Shown: piece after piece, positions 60,118 to 64,000 of the stretch
How the letters are laid out: each line of letters opens with the position of its first letter
How positions within the stretch are numbered: the first letter of the stretch is position 1
Virus record (IMG/VR): IMGVR_UViG_3300014204_000130
Span: 1 to 64,000 of that record
Length of the DNA stretch: 64,000 bases
Origin: a virus
Lineage: Duplodnaviria; Caudoviricetes
Reading direction: 5' to 3' (one strand)
The notes under the pieces: model-generated
The model's input: the letters and a program-made list of their open reading frames with translations, nothing else
What the model was told of the DNA's origin: nothing
The model's database searches: none
Made by a program: the position numbers and the translations under genes

Positions 60118-60740
60118 ATGAAAATTTCAACAGCAGTAAATCATCAGCGTCGATTCATCCAGCGGGTTCGTGATGTCTACTCTCATGCAAACATCTGTAT
60201 GTGGAGTCATGAAGAATTGATCAAACACACACTCGAAATCAAGACATCCCCAGAATTCAAACGATGTCCTCGACATGTCACAGAATATGTCCGGGGATAT
60301 GAGATGGCATTGTATGATCAGCTTTGGAATAAGATGGTTTCCTGTTTCATATCATTGGAAAGCGGAACCATCTACTTCGGGAAGTATCCTGAAAGTCCGT
60401 CCAAGATTACATTCCTTGGACATGCATGGCCGGGATTGAAATCCCCCGATCTCAAATTCTATACCAAACGTCCCGATGATGAAATTACACAAGAAAGATT
60501 AGACAGAGGAAAATTCAAATGAATATTAAACGTCCAAATTTATTACGTGACGCTCTACATAATACACATACGATGTCTGGTGCTTCCATCGACTATGGGA
60601 GAGGATGTGTAGTATCTGCGGTTGCAACTCTTATGTCGATTGGTGAAACATTCGACAATGCATGGAAGACAGTTCAATCATGTCTACCCGTTGGATATCG
60701 AATTGAATGCATTCCAGAAACATGGAAGATTGAGAAATGA
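60118..60740 (+). other. Two hypothetical ORFs (60118-60522, 60519-60740)
   Basis: GGAG RBS; ATGA coupling. Confidence 0.6.
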
Positions 60741-60835
60741 GACACGTTTACAATTCAAAATGGGAACGACAATCGTAACGCGCATTAAAATCTGTCCAAT
60801 CTTGGACAAAAATTAAAATACAAGGAGAATTACAA

Positions 60836-61201
60836 ATGGACTTTTCAAAATTGAGTGAAACTCGTGGAATCATTCTTTCTCGGCTTGAACTGATCGATGA
60901 TCTGATTACTGTTCCGTCAGGATTTACACAGAGTATCCGAATCGGATATACCAAGGATGATCAACCGACATTCATATCTCTTTCAGCCAAACACGGTCTT
61001 GCATATGCAATCGATGAAGGATATGAAAATAAATATCTTCAATTGAATGAAATACCGAAACATCTTCGCCGTCTTGCACTTAATGAAACAATCAATCTTT
61101 TGAAGTCTCTTGAAATTTGGATTTCAAAAGAAACAGACTTGAATATGCAATCAATCCTCAATGCCGACGAATACATTAAATCTTTGAAGAAAGGACAATA
61201 A
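60836..61201 (+). CDS. Hypothetical protein, paralogue A
   Basis: AAGGAG RBS; similar to next ORF. Confidence 0.75.
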   Translation: MDFSKLSETRGIILSRLELIDDLITVPSGFTQSIRIGYTKDDQPTFISLSAKHGLAYAIDEGYENKYLQLNEIPKHLRRLALNETINLLKSLEIWISKETDLNMQSILNADEYIKSLKKGQ

Positions 61202-61264
61202 GAACACACGTCGGAACCAAAGGTCCAATATTGGACAAATATTAAAAATATAAGGAGAATTTAT

Positions 61265-61639
61265 ATGGACTTTTCAAACTTGCATAAAACTCGTGGAACT
61301 ATTCTTTCTCGTCTTGAACTCATTGATCAATTTCTTACGGTTCCAACTGGATTTTCAAAACATATCAAACTTGGATATGTCAATGAAGATGGATGGGATA
61401 TGTTTATCTCCGTGACATCCAAATATGGACTTGCTTTGGCTATTGACAATCAATCTGATACATATGAATATCAAAAATTAAAATATATTCCAATGCATAT
61501 CAGAAGAATTGCTCTTGAGAAAACCCTCGAAATTCTCAAAGATCTCGAAAAGTGGTATACGACACAAACCGAATTGAATGTTAAAAGTATTCTCGATGCA
61601 GATGAATACATTAAATCCTTACTGAAGAAAGGAAATTAA
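61265..61639 (+). CDS. Hypothetical protein, paralogue B
   Basis: MDFS.L..TRG.ILSRLELID...ADEYIKSL shared. Confidence 0.75.
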   Translation: MDFSNLHKTRGTILSRLELIDQFLTVPTGFSKHIKLGYVNEDGWDMFISVTSKYGLALAIDNQSDTYEYQKLKYIPMHIRRIALEKTLEILKDLEKWYTTQTELNVKSILDADEYIKSLLKKGN

Positions 61640-61641
61640 AT

Positions 61642-62283
61642 ATGAAATTCAAACTTACGGAAAATTTTAAAATTGTTAATGGTATTAAGTTTTTCCAAAT
61701 TCAGGCTTTGAAATCTTTTGAACGTATAATCTCTGGTGAGCTTGGAGGTTGGATTGAAAAAGACTCCAATCTTTCACAAGAATTAAATGCTTGGGTATAT
61801 GGGGATGCTCGGGTATATGGGGATGCTCGGGTATATGGGGATGCTTGGGTATCTGGGAATGCTCAGGTATATGGGAATGCTCAGGTATCTGGGAATGCTC
61901 GGGTATATGGGGATGCTCGGGTATATGGGGATGCTTGGGTATCTGGGAATGCTCAGGTATATGGGAATGCTCAGGTATCTGGGAATGCTCAGGTATATGG
62001 GAATGCTCAGGTATCTGGGAATGCTCAGGTATATGGGAATGCTCAGGTATTTCATGTAGAACATATTAATGTAGTAAAATGTTTACAACTATCGATCCAT
62101 CATATAACAATCGATGGAGAATTTTTAAACATCGGATGTTGTTCTTTTAAAATCGAGCATTGGTTGAAAAACTATAAAGTAATTGGAATTAAAAACAACT
62201 ATTCTGAAAGTCAGATAGAAGAATATGGAAACGCTATCCGATTTATAAAAAGAACTTATTTCAAGAAGGAGAAATCTAAATGA
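61642..62283 (+). CDS. Hexapeptide-repeat (left-handed beta-helix) phage protein
   Basis: GELGGWIEK..NLS then (V-Y/S-G-N/D-A-x)n; 18-bp tandem repeats at 61788-62050. Confidence 0.85.
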   Translation: MKFKLTENFKIVNGIKFFQIQALKSFERIISGELGGWIEKDSNLSQELNAWVYGDARVYGDARVYGDAWVSGNAQVYGNAQVSGNARVYGDARVYGDAWVSGNAQVYGNAQVSGNAQVYGNAQVSGNAQVYGNAQVFHVEHINVVKCLQLSIHHITIDGEFLNIGCCSFKIEHWLKNYKVIGIKNNYSESQIEEYGNAIRFIKRTYFKKEKSK

Positions 62284-62456
62284 AATATTGTATTGTTTTC
62301 AACATCAATGGAAATGATGTAAAATCAATCGGATCATTTGAAAATGAATCCGATGCAATTAACTTTGGATTAACAAATTTAAAAGTTACTTTTTGGACAA
62401 CAACAGTCATTACTCCAGAAGGATATATTTTATTAAACAAGGAGAAATCTAAATGA
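62280..62456 (+). CDS. Small hypothetical protein (58 aa)
   Basis: Not in ORF track; AAGGAG RBS; MKYCIVFNING...KEKSK. Confidence 0.6.
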   Translation: MKYCIVFNINGNDVKSIGSFENESDAINFGLTNLKVTFWTTTVITPEGYILLNKEKSK

Positions 62457-63919
62457 AAATTCCAGAATTCACAATGCCCGAACCCATCACAGAACAAACA
62501 CAGATTCAAATGCTTGAATCTCGTATCAAGGAACTTGAATATCAACTCAATTCTCTCAACAAGTTCGAAGGGAAACCCTTCTATCATAAGGCCGATTTGG
62601 TTCATGTATCGATGGGATTGAACGATGAACAATTCCACGATCTTTCTAAGATTGTAAGATATTGGTTGAACAAATACGTTGGTTCTGGAGAACCTTCCAG
62701 AATCTTTCAGGAGATCGAAGAAGCCCCTCTATCTCTCCGTGAGAAGATCTATCTCACATATAAAATATCTGCCAACTTGGTTGGTGGCCCCGGAGGTGGA
62801 GGATGTGGCCCAAGCATCAAAGTTGGATCATTGGAGGATTTCATGAAGATGATCCAAGCAGGTTTACCAAAATGAAGATAATTGACAAGATTAGAATTCG
62901 CGATACAAAAAATATTTCAAATTATGGACATAAACTTACAAAATTTAAACATCTTGTTATCTATGATGTAACTGATAAACTTCTAAGGATTTTGGCACAG
63001 TGTAAAGTCTGTCATGGAGGTATCATGATTACATTTAACACACGTTATAAAACTATTAACCGAACTGGAAACTTAATTGGTAGTCATCTGATATGTAATT
63101 GTGAAAAATGACACGAGAACAAAAAAGATTAATAGCCTTCAATGTTGCATCGATCATATCTACATCGTCGGATGTTAAATCTGACATGATAGATATGATC
63201 GATAGACTTGCAATTGTGTTTGATATAGATCCAAATTATGTCAGGGAAGAATCATTCTATCATTCAACCATAATTGCTTCAATGCTTGAACATTACAATA
63301 TCAATCAAACAACAATGGTTAGTTAATTAACCATTTACTTAATCTAAGGAGAATAAAAATGTTTCGTAACTTCAATAATATTAAGATCACAAAGGATTCA
63401 ATCTTGTTCGTGATGGAAACAACTTTGGAAGAAGTATCGATTAAATATGATTTGAATATCGATTGGATGTCCGAAGTTGTAAAAACTTTGCATGGAACCG
63501 AAGGAGAATCCATGTTCCTTGGTGGTAGTTGGTTGATTATTCGTAAAAATAAAATCGAATATAAAGTCTACATGCATCCAGTTATCAGATATTACATCAA
63601 CAAATCATTGAATGGTACTGGAGAATTCGATCTCAACTATCGGAAACAATTGCGCGGCCAATTCTCCAGAAAGCATATGGATGTGTTCTTTATGGATGCC
63701 ATTGATCAAGAATATGTGGGAGATGAAATCTTTCAAGAGGCTATTAATAATATAAAATTATTGGCCGAAGAATTCTCATTTGGTATTGAATCCAAACCAA
63801 CCATTATATTTGCTCCTGCACTTACATATTTAATTGATGATCAACAGGGTAATGAAGATCCAATGTTCTCATACATCATCATCAAGAATTCCAAGGTGGT
63901 AAATGAAGGAGTTCGCTGA
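62453..63919 (+). other. Four hypothetical ORFs (62453-62875, 62872-63111, 63108-63326, 63359-63919)
   Basis: RBSs and ATGA coupling. Confidence 0.6.
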
Positions 63920-64000
63920 TGATTGAATTAATTGAAATCGTTGGATTAATATTTCTGTTTATAATTCGGATTACTGCATTGTTCTTGTATGTATATGTAG

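Noticed and set aside
61788-62050. 18-bp tandem array with ORFs in several frames
   Set aside because: Encodes hexapeptide repeats; no spacers; other frames are shadows

Overview
A 64-kb piece of an AT-rich tailed dsDNA phage genome with two divergent arms. The left arm (1-32.65 kb, minus strand) is a virion-morphogenesis operon: large terminase, portal, prohead protease/scaffold and major capsid protein resembling T4-type head proteins, then a homing endonuclease, two GT9-like glycosyltransferases and a methyltransferase, neck genes, tail tube (no sheath seen), a frameshifted tail chaperone pair, a 2526-aa tape measure, Dit/tail tip, Gly-rich fibres, a GH108 endolysin and signal-peptide proteins. 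The right arm (32.8-64 kb, plus strand) has nucleotide-metabolism genes (dATP/dGTP diphosphohydrolase, ThyX-like, HD, dUTPase), many small ORFs, a non-coding putative terminus/origin (about 47.6-48.3 kb) and an apparent early region with a CCA-adding/HD enzyme and a MoxR-vWA module. The most unusual signals are: (1) a promoter-preceded, ~450-500-nt multi-stem non-coding RNA candidate at 48.34-48.85 kb opening a ~1.8-kb heavily structured transcript; (2) a 14-bp palindrome GTCYW-N4-WRGAC in at least 25 copies, both in gene leaders at near-fixed spacing and inside CDSs; (3) a two-repeat CRISPR-like mini-array without cas genes; (4) a catalytically degenerate HNH gene bracketed by 29-bp direct repeats. 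All calls come from manual reading and motif recognition; no searches or folding programs were run.
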